DNA of 60,438 nt from an uncultured Clostridia bacterium (GCA_944381245.1 CALWKK010000002.1:1-60438), one strand, 5' to 3'; positions 19,523 to 29,924 are shown, numbered from the stretch's first letter. Numbers and translations are program-made. Notes: generated by a model not told the origin, from the letters alone.

Positions 19523-20644
19523 ATGATAGAAATAAAAGAAGTTAAAACGAGAAGGCAAAAGAATCAATTCGTGGATTTTCCAAATAAACTTTATAAAAAT
19601 AATATGTATTATGTCCCTTACATAAGATCAGATGAAATTAATTTATTTAATTATAAAAAAAATGTATCTTACGAAGATTGTAAGGCAAAATATTTTTTAG
19701 CATATAAAAATAAAAAAGTTGTGGGAAGAATTGCGGGAATTATACAAAATTTATACAACCAAAAAACAAATGAAAAAAGAGTTAGATTCTCTCGTTTTGA
19801 CTGTATTAATGATAAAGAAGTTTCAAAAGCACTATTTAATGCTGTTGAAAATTTTGCCAAAGAAAGTGGCATGGACACAATTCACGGTCCGATGGGATTT
19901 AATGATTTAGACAGAGAGGGTTTATTAATTGAGGGATTTGATCAATTATCAACATTTGAAGAACAATATAATTACAGCTATTATCAGAAGTTAATTGAAG
20001 CTGCAGGATACACCAAAGAAATAGATTATGTTGAATATAAAATATTTCCTCTTAAAGAACGTGATGAAAGAATTGACAGAATTGCACAAGCAGTTATGAA
20101 AAAAAACAATTTACATTACGGATACGCAAAAAATAAAAAAGAATATATAGAAAAATATAAAGACGGTATATTTAAAATTATTGATGAAGTTTATGCTCCA
20201 CTGTATGGCACTGTTCCTTTCACCGAAAAAGTTAAAGAACAAATTATTTCTCAATTTAAATTATTTTTAAATATTAATTTTTTCTGCACAATATGTGATG
20301 AAAATGAAAATGTTATAGCGTTTGGTTTTGCAATACCATCAATTTCGAAAGTAATGCAAAAAACAAAAGGAAAACTTTTACATCCAAAAATTTTTGGAAT
20401 AATCAAATCTATTAAAAAACCAGAAATTCTAGATTTAGCTTTGACTGGTGTTTTACCTGAATATAGATCTAAAGGAGTTAACGCATTATTAATGCAATTT
20501 TTAATGAATGCACTTTTAACAATGAATGTTAAACATTTAGAAACAAATTTAAATTTAGAATATAATGCTATAATACAAAATCAGTGGAAAAATTTTCCTA
20601 ATATAAGGCATAAAAGAAGAAGATGTTTTGTTAAAAAATTATAA
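19523..20644 (+). CDS. GNAT-like N-acetyltransferase family protein (long form)
   Basis: The N-terminal pattern MIEIKEVKT...FVDFPNKLYKNN.YYVP is typical of a ~370-aa GNAT-annotated family. The YRSKGVNALL block is acetyl-CoA-site-like. Confidence 0.4.
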   Translation: MIEIKEVKTRRQKNQFVDFPNKLYKNNMYYVPYIRSDEINLFNYKKNVSYEDCKAKYFLAYKNKKVVGRIAGIIQNLYNQKTNEKRVRFSRFDCINDKEVSKALFNAVENFAKESGMDTIHGPMGFNDLDREGLLIEGFDQLSTFEEQYNYSYYQKLIEAAGYTKEIDYVEYKIFPLKERDERIDRIAQAVMKKNNLHYGYAKNKKEYIEKYKDGIFKIIDEVYAPLYGTVPFTEKVKEQIISQFKLFLNINFFCTICDENENVIAFGFAIPSISKVMQKTKGKLLHPKIFGIIKSIKKPEILDLALTGVLPEYRSKGVNALLMQFLMNALLTMNVKHLETNLNLEYNAIIQNQWKNFPNIRHKRRRCFVKKL

Positions 20645-20675
20645 TAATAATTTAAATTTTGAACAATATATTTAT

Positions 20676-21428
20676 ATGTTTACGCTAATAATAAGAGCAT
20701 TAATAGTTTATTTAATAGTCTTATTTGTTTTTAGATTGATGGGTAAAAGACAACTCGGTCAAATGCAACCCTTTGAGTTTGTGTTAGCTCTTATAATTGC
20801 AGATCTAGCAACAATACCTATGGCAGAATCATCAGTTCCAATCTTGCATGGAATTGTTCCTTTGTTAACTTTAGTAACTTTACACTATTTTTTAACAATT
20901 ATAACAAAAAAAAGTGAAATATTTAATAAAATAATAAGTGGAAAACCTGTTATAGTAATAAATCCAAGAGGAATCGATTACGAATCGCTAAAAAACTTAA
21001 ACATAACAATTGATGATTTATTTGAATCTGTAAGAGGATGTGGTTATTTTTCATTAGATGAAATAGAATACGCAATTGTTGAAACTAATGGTAATGTAAA
21101 TGTGTTAGCTAAAAAAGATTTTTCACCCGTAACCATCAATGATATTTCTTCTTTTTGTGAATCTGATAAAAGATCAACGAATTTACAAAAAATAGATGAA
21201 AACACAATTCCTATTACAATAATTGCAGACGGAAATATAAATAAAAACAATTTAAAGTTGGCAAATTGGAGTGAAAATATAATTAATAACATATTAAAAA
21301 TTACAAATACCAAAAAAATAAAAGATATTTTAATTTTAACGGTTGATGGTAATGGGAAAATATATTTTCAAAGAAAAAAAGAAAATTTTATAATTTTAAA
21401 TTATAATAATTTAAAGGAAAATTTATGA
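20676..21428 (+). CDS. DUF421 (YetF-like) membrane protein
   Basis: Signature FRLMGKRQLGQMQPFEFVLALIIADLA. I prefer the ATG at 20676 to the TTG at 20628. Confidence 0.75.
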   Translation: MFTLIIRALIVYLIVLFVFRLMGKRQLGQMQPFEFVLALIIADLATIPMAESSVPILHGIVPLLTLVTLHYFLTIITKKSEIFNKIISGKPVIVINPRGIDYESLKNLNITIDDLFESVRGCGYFSLDEIEYAIVETNGNVNVLAKKDFSPVTINDISSFCESDKRSTNLQKIDENTIPITIIADGNINKNNLKLANWSENIINNILKITNTKKIKDILILTVDGNGKIYFQRKKENFIILNYNNLKENL

Positions 21429-21814
21429 AAAAAGTAATTCATATTTGCTTAATTATAGTTTTCTTATTCGCAATTTGTTTAACCGAACAATTAATAATAA
21501 ATAATTGTCTAGAAAAAACAAATAACTTAGTTAATAATCTAAAAAATATTGTTGAAACAACTGAAAACGTAAACACCAATTTAATAATAAATAAAACTAA
21601 TGAATTAAAAGAATTTTGGACAAATCAAGAAAGAATACTGTGCACTTTTATTAATCATAAAGAAATTGAAGATATTGGTGTTGAAATTAATAATTTAGAA
21701 TCCGCAATAAAAGAAAATCAAAGATTTGATTATATAGAAAGTATAAATCTCATATCTTTTTTCGTAAAATCATACGAGCACATAATTGGTATAAACTTAC
21801 AATCAATTTTTTAA
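21425..21814 (+). CDS. DUF4363-like small membrane-anchored protein
   Basis: N-terminal TM. ATGA overlap with the DUF421 gene. This pairing is common in Clostridia. Confidence 0.5.
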   Translation: MKKVIHICLIIVFLFAICLTEQLIINNCLEKTNNLVNNLKNIVETTENVNTNLIINKTNELKEFWTNQERILCTFINHKEIEDIGVEINNLESAIKENQRFDYIESINLISFFVKSYEHIIGINLQSIF

Positions 21815-22465
21815 AAAATTAATAGCATTTATTTTATTTTTACTATTATAATAGTAACTTCCACTAACTATAATATTAACACCTAGTTCTTTCAATTTTG
21901 TTATATAGTTTGGATTAATTCCTCCATCAACTTCTATTAGAATATCTTTTTTTAAGTAAAATTTTAATTCCTTAATTTTTTCAAATATTTGTTTTTGAAA
22001 ATTTTGGCCACTCATTCCAGGATTAACACTCATTAATAAAATTAAATCAAAATAATTAGTTAATTTTTTAATATTTTTAACATCTGTTTCTAATTTTAAA
22101 CTAAGACCAGCTAAAATATTCTTTTTCCTTATTTTCTTTAATGTTTTGACTAACTTAACTTTAGATTTAAACGCTTCATAATGCACAGTCAAAATATTAG
22201 CTCCAGCTTTAGCATATTCATTAATATACAACCATGGTTTTTCAACCATTAAGTGTACATCCAACGGAATTAATGAATTATCGTTAATCTCGCCCACAAT
22301 TTTATAATCAATAGTTTTTTTATTAACAAATTTACCGTCCATAATATCACAATGTAAAAAATCTGCTCCGGAATTTAAAGCTTCTTTAGCATAACTTACA
22401 TACATTTCACTTGATGAGCCGTTTAATGGATCAGTTGAAACTGAAATTAAAAAATTGTCTCTCAT
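21803..22465 (-). CDS. rpe: Ribulose-phosphate 3-epimerase
   Basis: Motifs HCDIMDGKFV, DVHLMV, MSVNPG and VDGGI. Confidence 0.9.
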   Translation of the reverse strand: MRDNFLISVSTDPLNGSSSEMYVSYAKEALNSGADFLHCDIMDGKFVNKKTIDYKIVGEINDNSLIPLDVHLMVEKPWLYINEYAKAGANILTVHYEAFKSKVKLVKTLKKIRKKNILAGLSLKLETDVKNIKKLTNYFDLILLMSVNPGMSGQNFQKQIFEKIKELKFYLKKDILIEVDGGINPNYITKLKELGVNIIVSGSYYYNSKNKINAINFLKN

Positions 22466-22471
22466 ATAATT

Positions 22472-22480
22472 ATATTATCA
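22472..22480 (-). promoter_or_regulatory. Extended -10 (TGATAATAT) placed for a leaderless rpe mRNA
   Basis: The minus strand reads TGATAATAT-AATTAT-ATG. There is no SD. Confidence 0.45.
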
Positions 22481-22493
22481 AAAAAAATAATAA

Positions 22494-23540
22494 TTACCCA
22501 ATATTTTCACTTAAAAATTTATTTCTCAATTGTCCACAAGCTCCTTCAATATCATTTCCCATAGTTCTCCTTACCGTTGCTGATATTCCCATATGTGCAA
22601 GTTTTTCTTTAAAAGCATATACTTTGCTTTTTTCAGTTCCAATCATTCCTCGCTCTTTAACAGAATTTAAATTTATCAAATTTACGTGTACTGGAAATCC
22701 TTTTAAGATTTGACTTAATTTTTTAGCACAAAAATCAGTATCATTTAAATTTTTAATCAAAGAATATTCAAATACAATTCTTCTTCCCGTTTTATTAAAA
22801 TAATATTTTGCACTATCTAAAATTTCGTTAACTCCAAATTTTGTATTTATGGGCATTATTTTGTTCCTGATTTCATCATTTGGCGCATGCAATGAAATAG
22901 TCAAGGTGACAGTAAATTCATCATCAGCAAGCTTTTTTATTTTATCAGGTAACCCACAGGTTGAAATTGAAATATTTCTTTGACTTATATTTAGACTGTA
23001 TTCTTGATTTATTAATCTAATAAATTTAGTTACCTCATCGTAATTATCTAATGGTTCCCCACTCCCCATTAAAACAATATTGTTTATTTTTCTTTTATTT
23101 ATTTCGGATTTAATATCTCTATTAACACATAAAACTTGCCCCATTATTTCGCCACAAGATAAATTTCTAACTAATCCATTTAACCCACTAGCACAGAATT
23201 TACAACCCATTCGACATCCAACTTGACTTGACACACAAATTGTATATCCATATTTATAGTGCATTAACACTCCTTCAATAATATTTCCGTCTATAAGTTT
23301 GTATAAATATTTTATTGTTCCATCTTTACTTACTATTTTCTGAATAATTTCAACAGGATTAACACAATATTTTACAGAAAGCTGTTTCCTTAAAGTTATA
23401 GGAATATTAGACATTTCATCAAAATTATAACCTTTAAAAGCAAAATCAAATATTTGTTTTGCTCTAAACTTCGGTTGATTCAACTCATTTACAATATTTT
23501 CAATTTCTTGATAAGACATTTCTAAAAAACACTTTTTCAA
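22494..23540 (-). CDS. rlmN: 23S rRNA/tRNA adenine-C2 methyltransferase (radical SAM)
   Basis: CRMGCKFCASG radical-SAM cluster motif and C-terminal GACGQL. Confidence 0.9.
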   Translation of the reverse strand: MKKCFLEMSYQEIENIVNELNQPKFRAKQIFDFAFKGYNFDEMSNIPITLRKQLSVKYCVNPVEIIQKIVSKDGTIKYLYKLIDGNIIEGVLMHYKYGYTICVSSQVGCRMGCKFCASGLNGLVRNLSCGEIMGQVLCVNRDIKSEINKRKINNIVLMGSGEPLDNYDEVTKFIRLINQEYSLNISQRNISISTCGLPDKIKKLADDEFTVTLTISLHAPNDEIRNKIMPINTKFGVNEILDSAKYYFNKTGRRIVFEYSLIKNLNDTDFCAKKLSQILKGFPVHVNLINLNSVKERGMIGTEKSKVYAFKEKLAHMGISATVRRTMGNDIEGACGQLRNKFLSENIG

Positions 23541-24448
23541 TTTTTCCTTCCATTTAAAAAACTTTTGTAATCTAATATTTTGCCACCAGGAGCTTGTATG
23601 GTTAACAGTTTAATTGCATTTTCCCCACATTTAATTATTATTCCCTCTTTAATATTAAATGATATAATATCCCCTGCCTTAACATCAATATTGTTATTTA
23701 AAACTACTTCAGATTTGTATACTTTAATAATTTCATTATTTAAATTAAATTTAGCAACAGGTGATGGATTTAATGCCCTTATAAAATTATGAATTTCTTC
23801 AGCACTTTTATTAAAATCTATAAAACAATCTTCTTTTTTTATTATTTTGGTATAGGTTGCATCTGCATCGTTTTGTAACTGTTCTATAACTTTCCCATTT
23901 TCAATCAAATCCATTACTTGAATAATTAATTCAGAGCCTATTTCAAATAATTTTTTCGATAATTCTCCACCAGTTTCTTCTTTTTCTATTTTTACTGCTT
24001 GTTGCATTAAAATTTCACCAGCATCTAGTTTTTCATTAATTTTCATAATTGTAACACCAGTTTCATAATCTCCATTAATTATTGAACTTATGATAGGAGA
24101 CGGCCCTCTATATTTAGGCAATAAAGATGGATGAATATTAATAATTTTGTATTTTGGTATATCAATAATATCTTTAGAGATTATTTGTCCATATGAAATA
24201 ATAATCATTAAATCAGGTTTTAAAGTTTTTAAAACTTCAACACCATCATTTCTAATGCTATTAAATTGATATATGTTAATATTTTCACTTAAACAAAATT
24301 TTTTTAAAAATGAATACTCTATTTTTTTACCTCTTTTGTTAGGTTTATCAGGTGGACAAATAACACCTAGTATTTCATCTCCTCTTTGCCTTAATTTTTC
24401 TATTGTTGGAATAGAAAACTCATTGCTTCCTAAAATAATAATTTTCAT
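23537..24448 (-). CDS. fmt: Methionyl-tRNA formyltransferase
   Basis: HPSLLPKYRGPSPI motif. 4-nt overlaps with both def and rlmN. Confidence 0.92.
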   Translation of the reverse strand: MKIIILGSNEFSIPTIEKLRQRGDEILGVICPPDKPNKRGKKIEYSFLKKFCLSENINIYQFNSIRNDGVEVLKTLKPDLMIIISYGQIISKDIIDIPKYKIINIHPSLLPKYRGPSPIISSIINGDYETGVTIMKINEKLDAGEILMQQAVKIEKEETGGELSKKLFEIGSELIIQVMDLIENGKVIEQLQNDADATYTKIIKKEDCFIDFNKSAEEIHNFIRALNPSPVAKFNLNNEIIKVYKSEVVLNNNIDVKAGDIISFNIKEGIIIKCGENAIKLLTIQAPGGKILDYKSFLNGRKN

Positions 24449-24909
24449 TCATTTTCTCCACATTTCTTAATCATTTTATCAACAAAAAGAACACCATTCA
24501 AATGATCAATTTCATGACATAAAACTCTAGCTAAATATTTTTCTCCCGTTATTGTAAAATCATATCCAAGTCTATCCTGAGCTTTAACTGTTACTTTCAT
24601 AGGTCTTTTAACATAACCCTTAACATTGCCAACACTTAAACAACCCTCAGTGTCAATATCTTCTCCTTCTTCTTTTATTATCTCAGGATTAATTAATTCT
24701 AAAAACATATTATTGCATTCAATTACAATAACTCTTTTTAGAACACCAACTTGAACTGCTGCAATTCCCATTCCATAATTTTTAATCATTGTTTCTTTCA
24801 TATCATCTAAAAGCTCTGCTAATTTTTCATCAAAATTTTTCACAATTTTGCTTTTTTTTCTTAAAATTTCATTATCAATATCTATTTTACAAACATTTCT
24901 AATAGCCAT
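24445..24909 (-). CDS. def: Peptide deformylase
   Basis: Motifs GIAAVQVG, EGCLS and HEIDHLNG. AGGAG SD. Confidence 0.92.
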   Translation of the reverse strand: MAIRNVCKIDIDNEILRKKSKIVKNFDEKLAELLDDMKETMIKNYGMGIAAVQVGVLKRVIVIECNNMFLELINPEIIKEEGEDIDTEGCLSVGNVKGYVKRPMKVTVKAQDRLGYDFTITGEKYLARVLCHEIDHLNGVLFVDKMIKKCGENE

Positions 24910-24917
24910 ATGTTCTC

Positions 24918-27101
24918 CTAATTTAAATTTTGAGGATTTATTTCTATAAAATATGAAACTTTTAAAGATTTAATTTCATCAAAAATATTATATATTTTTT
25001 TTAAAATTATTTCAACATTTTCGTTTGTTAATTTTGTTATTATCTGATATCTATATTTTTTTTTAATCTTACTTACCGGTGATTTCATAACATTAATATA
25101 CAAAAAATCATTTTGGTGTTCTCTTTGATATTCCAATAATTTTTCATAATAATTTTTAGTAAATTTTATAACATTATCTTCATTAATTCCTGAAAAAAGT
25201 ATTCTTATAATTGTTGAAAATGGTGGAAATTTTGTCAATTTTCTTAAATTAATTTCTCTTTGATAAAATTTTTTGTAATCATAATTAGCTGCCAAAGTAT
25301 AAACATATTTTTTGGGATTATATGTTTGCAAAATAACTTTGCCTTGACTAGAACTTCTTCCAGCTCTTCCACCAACCTGTGTTATTAATGAAAATGTTCT
25401 TTCTGAACTTTTATAATGACTTTGATACAATGTTTGATCTGCGTCAATTATACCAACCAATGTAACATCAGGAAAATCATGTCCTTTTGCAATCATTTGA
25501 GTTCCAACTAATATTGAAGGTTTATTTTTTGAAAATTCTTCTAATATTTTTTGATGTGCATTTTTTGTTTTTGTTGAATCATTATCCATTCTAAAAATAT
25601 TAACAAAGGGAAAAATTTTATTTAACTCTTCAACAACTTTTTCAGTTCCAACTGCACCTTCCTTTAAATTACTTGATCCACACTCAGGGCATTTTGTTAA
25701 AGCTTTAAATCTTTTCCCACAAAAATGGCATTTCAATAAGTTTTCATTTTTATGATAAACCAGAGAAACTTCACAATCCGAACACTTCGCAACATATCCA
25801 CAATCTCTACATCTCATAAAAGAAACAAATCCTCTCCTGTTTAAAAACAAAATAATTTGTTTATTATTTTTAATTTGTTCTTCCATTTCATCTATAAGCT
25901 TTCTTGAAAAAATGGAATTGTTACCTGAGCGTATTTCATCTAACATATCAACAATTTGTATTGCTGGCATTTCTTTTCCATTAATTCTTGAAGGCATTTC
26001 AATAAGTTTTATTTCACCTGTTTCGCATTTGTAGTAAGTTTCAATTGAAGGTGTTGCACTTCCTAATATTAACGAACATTTATTATATTCGCTTCTAAAC
26101 TTTGCAATGTCAAATGTATTATATCTAGGGTTTGCATCACTCACATACGAACTATCATGCTCTTCATCAATTATTATTGTTCCAATATTTTCTAATGGAG
26201 CGAATATTGCTGACCGAGCCCCGACAACAATTTTTGCTTGTCCAGCTTTTATTCTTGACCATTCATCAAATTTTTCTCCATTTGATAAACCACTATGTAA
26301 AATTGCAACTTCATCACCAAATCGGTTTTTAAAATTTTTTAATATCTGTGGAGTTAATGAAATTTCCGGGACCAACATTATAGCTGTTTTCCCTTTTGTT
26401 ATTTCTCTTTCGATTACTTGCATATAAACTTCTGTTTTCCCACTTCCGGTAACTCCGTGCAATAAATAAATTCCATTATCTTTTATTTTTTCAATAGCAT
26501 TTTGTTGTAATTTGCTTAAATTTATTATTTGATTTTTTTCAACTAAAAAATCTTGAGATTTTCTAAATTTTTGAAATAAATTAACACTTATTATTTTTTT
26601 GTTTAGCAAAGATTTTATTGCAGATAATGAAAAGTTTTTAACGTTTACTGAATGCAATTCTTTATTTTTTAATAAATAATCTATTATTTCTTTTTGCTGT
26701 TTTGTTTTTATTTCACTTGTTTTATATATTGAATTATTTAATGTGTAATATTTAGTATAAACAGGACTTGATTTATTATTTCTTACTTCAGATGGAACAA
26801 ACAATCTTAAACAGTCAATATATCTTAATAATAATTTATCTTTCATAAATTTCATTAATTTAATCATTTCTTCATTTATCGATGGATTTTCATCTATTAT
26901 TTTGTTAATTGTTTTTATTTTTTTAATATCATAATCTGATTCATCTTTTATTCCTATAATAAATCCTTGAGTTAATTTTTTACCAAACGCAACTTCTACC
27001 TTATGTCCTATTAATTTTTTTGGGAAATCTAATGGCACAAAATAATCGTAAATTTTATCAATTTCTGAATTACTTATATCTATTATAACTTCTGCTATCA
27101 T
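24918..27101 (-). CDS. priA: Primosomal protein N' (replication restart helicase)
   Basis: Walker A GVTGSGKTEVY, DEEH box and the Cys-rich zinc insertion (CRDCGY, CSDC, CHFCG, CPECGS). Confidence 0.92.
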   Translation of the reverse strand: MIAEVIIDISNSEIDKIYDYFVPLDFPKKLIGHKVEVAFGKKLTQGFIIGIKDESDYDIKKIKTINKIIDENPSINEEMIKLMKFMKDKLLLRYIDCLRLFVPSEVRNNKSSPVYTKYYTLNNSIYKTSEIKTKQQKEIIDYLLKNKELHSVNVKNFSLSAIKSLLNKKIISVNLFQKFRKSQDFLVEKNQIINLSKLQQNAIEKIKDNGIYLLHGVTGSGKTEVYMQVIEREITKGKTAIMLVPEISLTPQILKNFKNRFGDEVAILHSGLSNGEKFDEWSRIKAGQAKIVVGARSAIFAPLENIGTIIIDEEHDSSYVSDANPRYNTFDIAKFRSEYNKCSLILGSATPSIETYYKCETGEIKLIEMPSRINGKEMPAIQIVDMLDEIRSGNNSIFSRKLIDEMEEQIKNNKQIILFLNRRGFVSFMRCRDCGYVAKCSDCEVSLVYHKNENLLKCHFCGKRFKALTKCPECGSSNLKEGAVGTEKVVEELNKIFPFVNIFRMDNDSTKTKNAHQKILEEFSKNKPSILVGTQMIAKGHDFPDVTLVGIIDADQTLYQSHYKSSERTFSLITQVGGRAGRSSSQGKVILQTYNPKKYVYTLAANYDYKKFYQREINLRKLTKFPPFSTIIRILFSGINEDNVIKFTKNYYEKLLEYQREHQNDFLYINVMKSPVSKIKKKYRYQIITKLTNENVEIILKKIYNIFDEIKSLKVSYFIEINPQNLN

Positions 27102-27108
27102 ATTTTGT

Positions 27109-27117
27109 AGTATAACA
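27109..27117 (-). promoter_or_regulatory. Extended -10 (TGTTATACT) placed for a leaderless priA mRNA
   Basis: The minus strand reads TGTTATACT-ACAAAAT-ATG. There is no SD. Confidence 0.45.
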
Positions 27118-27168
27118 AAAAAAAGAAACTTTGCAAAAACAAAATTTCTTTTTTAAAATTAAATAATT

Positions 27169-27363
27169 TTATATGCTTGAAACGATCTTTCCCTCATAGA
27201 TTTCTTCAGCAGCATAACTTATTTCTTTTTTATCACTTTTTTCAAGCTCAGCTGGTATTCTTTTCATTAATTCTTTAGCTCTTTTTGCCATTACAATGCA
27301 TAGTTTATATTTATTTCCATCCATTTTTTTTACCATTTCATCGATTGGTGGTTCAATCATCAT
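27169..27363 (-). CDS. rpoZ: RNA polymerase omega subunit
   Basis: Size, the KYKLCIVMAKRAKEL block and its position upstream of priA. AGGAG SD. Confidence 0.8.
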   Translation of the reverse strand: MMIEPPIDEMVKKMDGNKYKLCIVMAKRAKELMKRIPAELEKSDKKEISYAAEEIYEGKIVSSI

Positions 27364-27413
27364 AATTTTAATCTCCTTTAACCTTTTAAGTATAACATAT
27401 AATCAATAAATTG

Positions 27414-29369
27414 TTAACTATTTTTTATTATATTTAAAAATTCATCTTCATTAATTATTTTTATTCCTAAAGATTTGGCTTTATCAATTTTATTCCCAGG
27501 ATTTTCGCCGCAAATTACTAAATTAGTTTTTTTATTAACATTCGACGAAACAATTCCCCCGAAACCTTCTATTAATTTTGTTGCCTCACTTCTTGAAAAT
27601 TTTTTTAAACTTCCAGTTAAAACTATTATTTTATCAGAAAAATATTTATTTTCAAAAACTTTTTCTTCAATAATATTTATTCCTTTATTTAATAATTTGT
27701 CTAATTCTTTTATATTTTTATCATTTTGAAAATATTCATATATATTTTTAGCAACTATTTCACCAATATCCTCAATATCATTTAAACTTTGTAAACTTGC
27801 ATTTATTAAATTATCAATATTTTTATATTTTTTTACTAAGTCTTTGGAAGTTTTTAACCCGACATTTTTTATTCCTAAAGAATAGATAAAAGCCGATAAA
27901 CTAACATTTTTACTTTTTTCAATAGAATTTAGTAAATTATTAATTTTTTTTGATTTAAAATTTTCTAATTTAGTTAAATCATCATAAGTTAATTCAAAAA
28001 TATCGGATATATTTTTTATGTTTAACTTTCTATATAATTGTGTAATTGTTTTTTCACTTAACCCTTCAATATTCATTGCTTCTTTACTACAAAAGTGAGT
28101 CAAAGAATCAACAATTTGTTCTGGACAATCAACATTTGTGCAATAAATATTAACTCCTATTTCACTTAATTTACCCCCACATGATGGACATTGATTTGGT
28201 ATCATTATTGGTTGGCTGTTTGGATTATCTTCTGCTAAGCCTAATATTTCAGGAATTACTTCATTACTTCTTCTAACAAAAACTCTTGCACCTAATTTTA
28301 ATCTTTTTCTATTTATGTCCTGAATATTGTTTAATGTTGCCCTGCTTATTTTTGCACCAGCTAAATATATCGGTTTTAAAATCGCAATGGGTGTTAATTT
28401 CCCAGTACGACCAACTTGCCATTTCACATCTTCTAAAATTGTAGATATTTCTTGTGCCTCAAATTTATATGCAATAGCCCATTTGGGAAATTTTGATGTA
28501 TATCCTAATTCATCTCTATTTTTTATTTCATTTAATTTTATTACCATTCCATCTATAAGGATATCTAATGAATTTTTTGTCGCATCAACTTCATCAATAT
28601 AATTTATTATTTCTTGATAATCTTTGCAAATTTTAAAAAATTTTGATGTTTTAAAACCATTTTTTATTAAAAATTTTTGCATTTCTTCTTGCGTTTCAAA
28701 TTCTAAATTTTCAGCATAATTAACTGAATAAGCAAATAAATCTAAATTCCTTTTTGCAGTTTCTTTTGGATCTAAATTCCTTATAGCTCCCGAAACTGCA
28801 TTTCGAGCATTCTTTAAAGGTTCATTAGTTTTCTTATTATATTTATCAAGGTTAGATAACTTTATCATACCCTCACCTTGAATAATTAATTTTCCTTTAA
28901 AATCTATGGATAAAGGAATTGATTTTATCGTTTTAACTTGCGCTGTAACATCTTCGCCGATTTTTCCATTACCTCTTGTGCCAGCCTTAGTTAAATATCC
29001 ATCTTCATATTCTATAACTATTGATAATCCATCAAATTTATATTCCAATGAAAAAGTTGAATCATTAAACTCTTTTTTTATTTTATCAATCCAAAGTTTA
29101 ATATCTTCGTATGAATTACATTTATCCAAACTATATAAAGGAACATAATGATTGAATTTTTTAAAACCATTCAAAATTTCTCCACCAACTCTTTTCGTTG
29201 GAGAATTTGGCAATACAACTCCTGTTTCTTTTTCAATTTTTTGCAATTCATCATAAAGTTTATCATATTCAAAATCTGATATAATTGGATTATCAAGAAC
29301 ATAATAATGATAAGCATATTTATTTAATTTCTCTACTAAATCTTTAATATTTTTTATTTCTTGGTTCAT
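27414..29369 (-). CDS. ligA: NAD-dependent DNA ligase
   Basis: Adenylation KxDG (EYKFDGLS), zinc finger CPSCGG...C.N..CPEQ and a BRCT C-terminus. Confidence 0.95.
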   Translation of the reverse strand: MNQEIKNIKDLVEKLNKYAYHYYVLDNPIISDFEYDKLYDELQKIEKETGVVLPNSPTKRVGGEILNGFKKFNHYVPLYSLDKCNSYEDIKLWIDKIKKEFNDSTFSLEYKFDGLSIVIEYEDGYLTKAGTRGNGKIGEDVTAQVKTIKSIPLSIDFKGKLIIQGEGMIKLSNLDKYNKKTNEPLKNARNAVSGAIRNLDPKETAKRNLDLFAYSVNYAENLEFETQEEMQKFLIKNGFKTSKFFKICKDYQEIINYIDEVDATKNSLDILIDGMVIKLNEIKNRDELGYTSKFPKWAIAYKFEAQEISTILEDVKWQVGRTGKLTPIAILKPIYLAGAKISRATLNNIQDINRKRLKLGARVFVRRSNEVIPEILGLAEDNPNSQPIMIPNQCPSCGGKLSEIGVNIYCTNVDCPEQIVDSLTHFCSKEAMNIEGLSEKTITQLYRKLNIKNISDIFELTYDDLTKLENFKSKKINNLLNSIEKSKNVSLSAFIYSLGIKNVGLKTSKDLVKKYKNIDNLINASLQSLNDIEDIGEIVAKNIYEYFQNDKNIKELDKLLNKGINIIEEKVFENKYFSDKIIVLTGSLKKFSRSEATKLIEGFGGIVSSNVNKKTNLVICGENPGNKIDKAKSLGIKIINEDEFLNIIKNS

Positions 29370-29908
29370 TATACAACTCCTGAAATAAATAATATTATTA
29401 AAACGATTAAAAACAAAACAAAAAAGATGATTAAACCATCTAAGATTTGTTTATCTTTCTTGTCTTTATTAATATTTTCTTTGTCTTTTATTTCTTTTTC
29501 TTTTCTTAATTTAATTTTTAGTTTTTTTATTTTTTTTTGATTATCATCTTCTATAAAATCTTCGATTATTTTCTTTTGAATATTTTCTTTATTTTTCTCC
29601 GAAAATTTATTTTTTTCATTAAATTTTTCAACTATATCTCTTTTTTTTGTCTTTTTTAAATTTTCGTTCTTTATTTTATCTTTTTTCTTTTTTAATTTAA
29701 ATTTTGGTTTGCAATTATCATTTTCTTTTAAATAAGCAATAACTTTCTCATATGCATCATTTATTTCATATGTTTTTTGTTCTGCCACTTTCACATCACC
29801 TTTATAACAATCTGGGTGATATTTTTTTAAAAGTTCATTTCTTGCAAACTTAACATCATCAATAGTTGAATTTTTATTTATTCCCAAAAGCTTGTAGTAA
29901 TCTTTCAT
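29369..29908 (-). CDS. J-domain (DnaJ-like) protein with a Lys-rich linker and C-terminal TM anchor
   Basis: DYYKLLGI and an HPD motif (KKYHPDCY). C-terminal hydrophobic helix. Its stop overlaps the ligA ATG (TAATG). Confidence 0.7.
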   Translation of the reverse strand: MKDYYKLLGINKNSTIDDVKFARNELLKKYHPDCYKGDVKVAEQKTYEINDAYEKVIAYLKENDNCKPKFKLKKKKDKIKNENLKKTKKRDIVEKFNEKNKFSEKNKENIQKKIIEDFIEDDNQKKIKKLKIKLRKEKEIKDKENINKDKKDKQILDGLIIFFVLFLIVLIILFISGVV

Positions 29909-29915
29909 ATAAATT

Positions 29916-29924
29916 ATTATAGCA
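29916..29924 (-). promoter_or_regulatory. Extended -10 (TGCTATAAT) placed for a leaderless mRNA of the J-domain gene
   Basis: The minus strand reads TGCTATAAT-AATTTAT-ATG. There is no SD. Confidence 0.45.

Noticed and set aside
20628-20675. TTG start at 20628 for the DUF421 gene, overlapping the upstream GNAT-like gene
   Set aside because: DUF421 proteins begin only a few residues before the first TM helix. The ATG at 20676 (MFTLIIRAL...) fits that pattern, and the TTG extension adds an N-rich tail with no SD.
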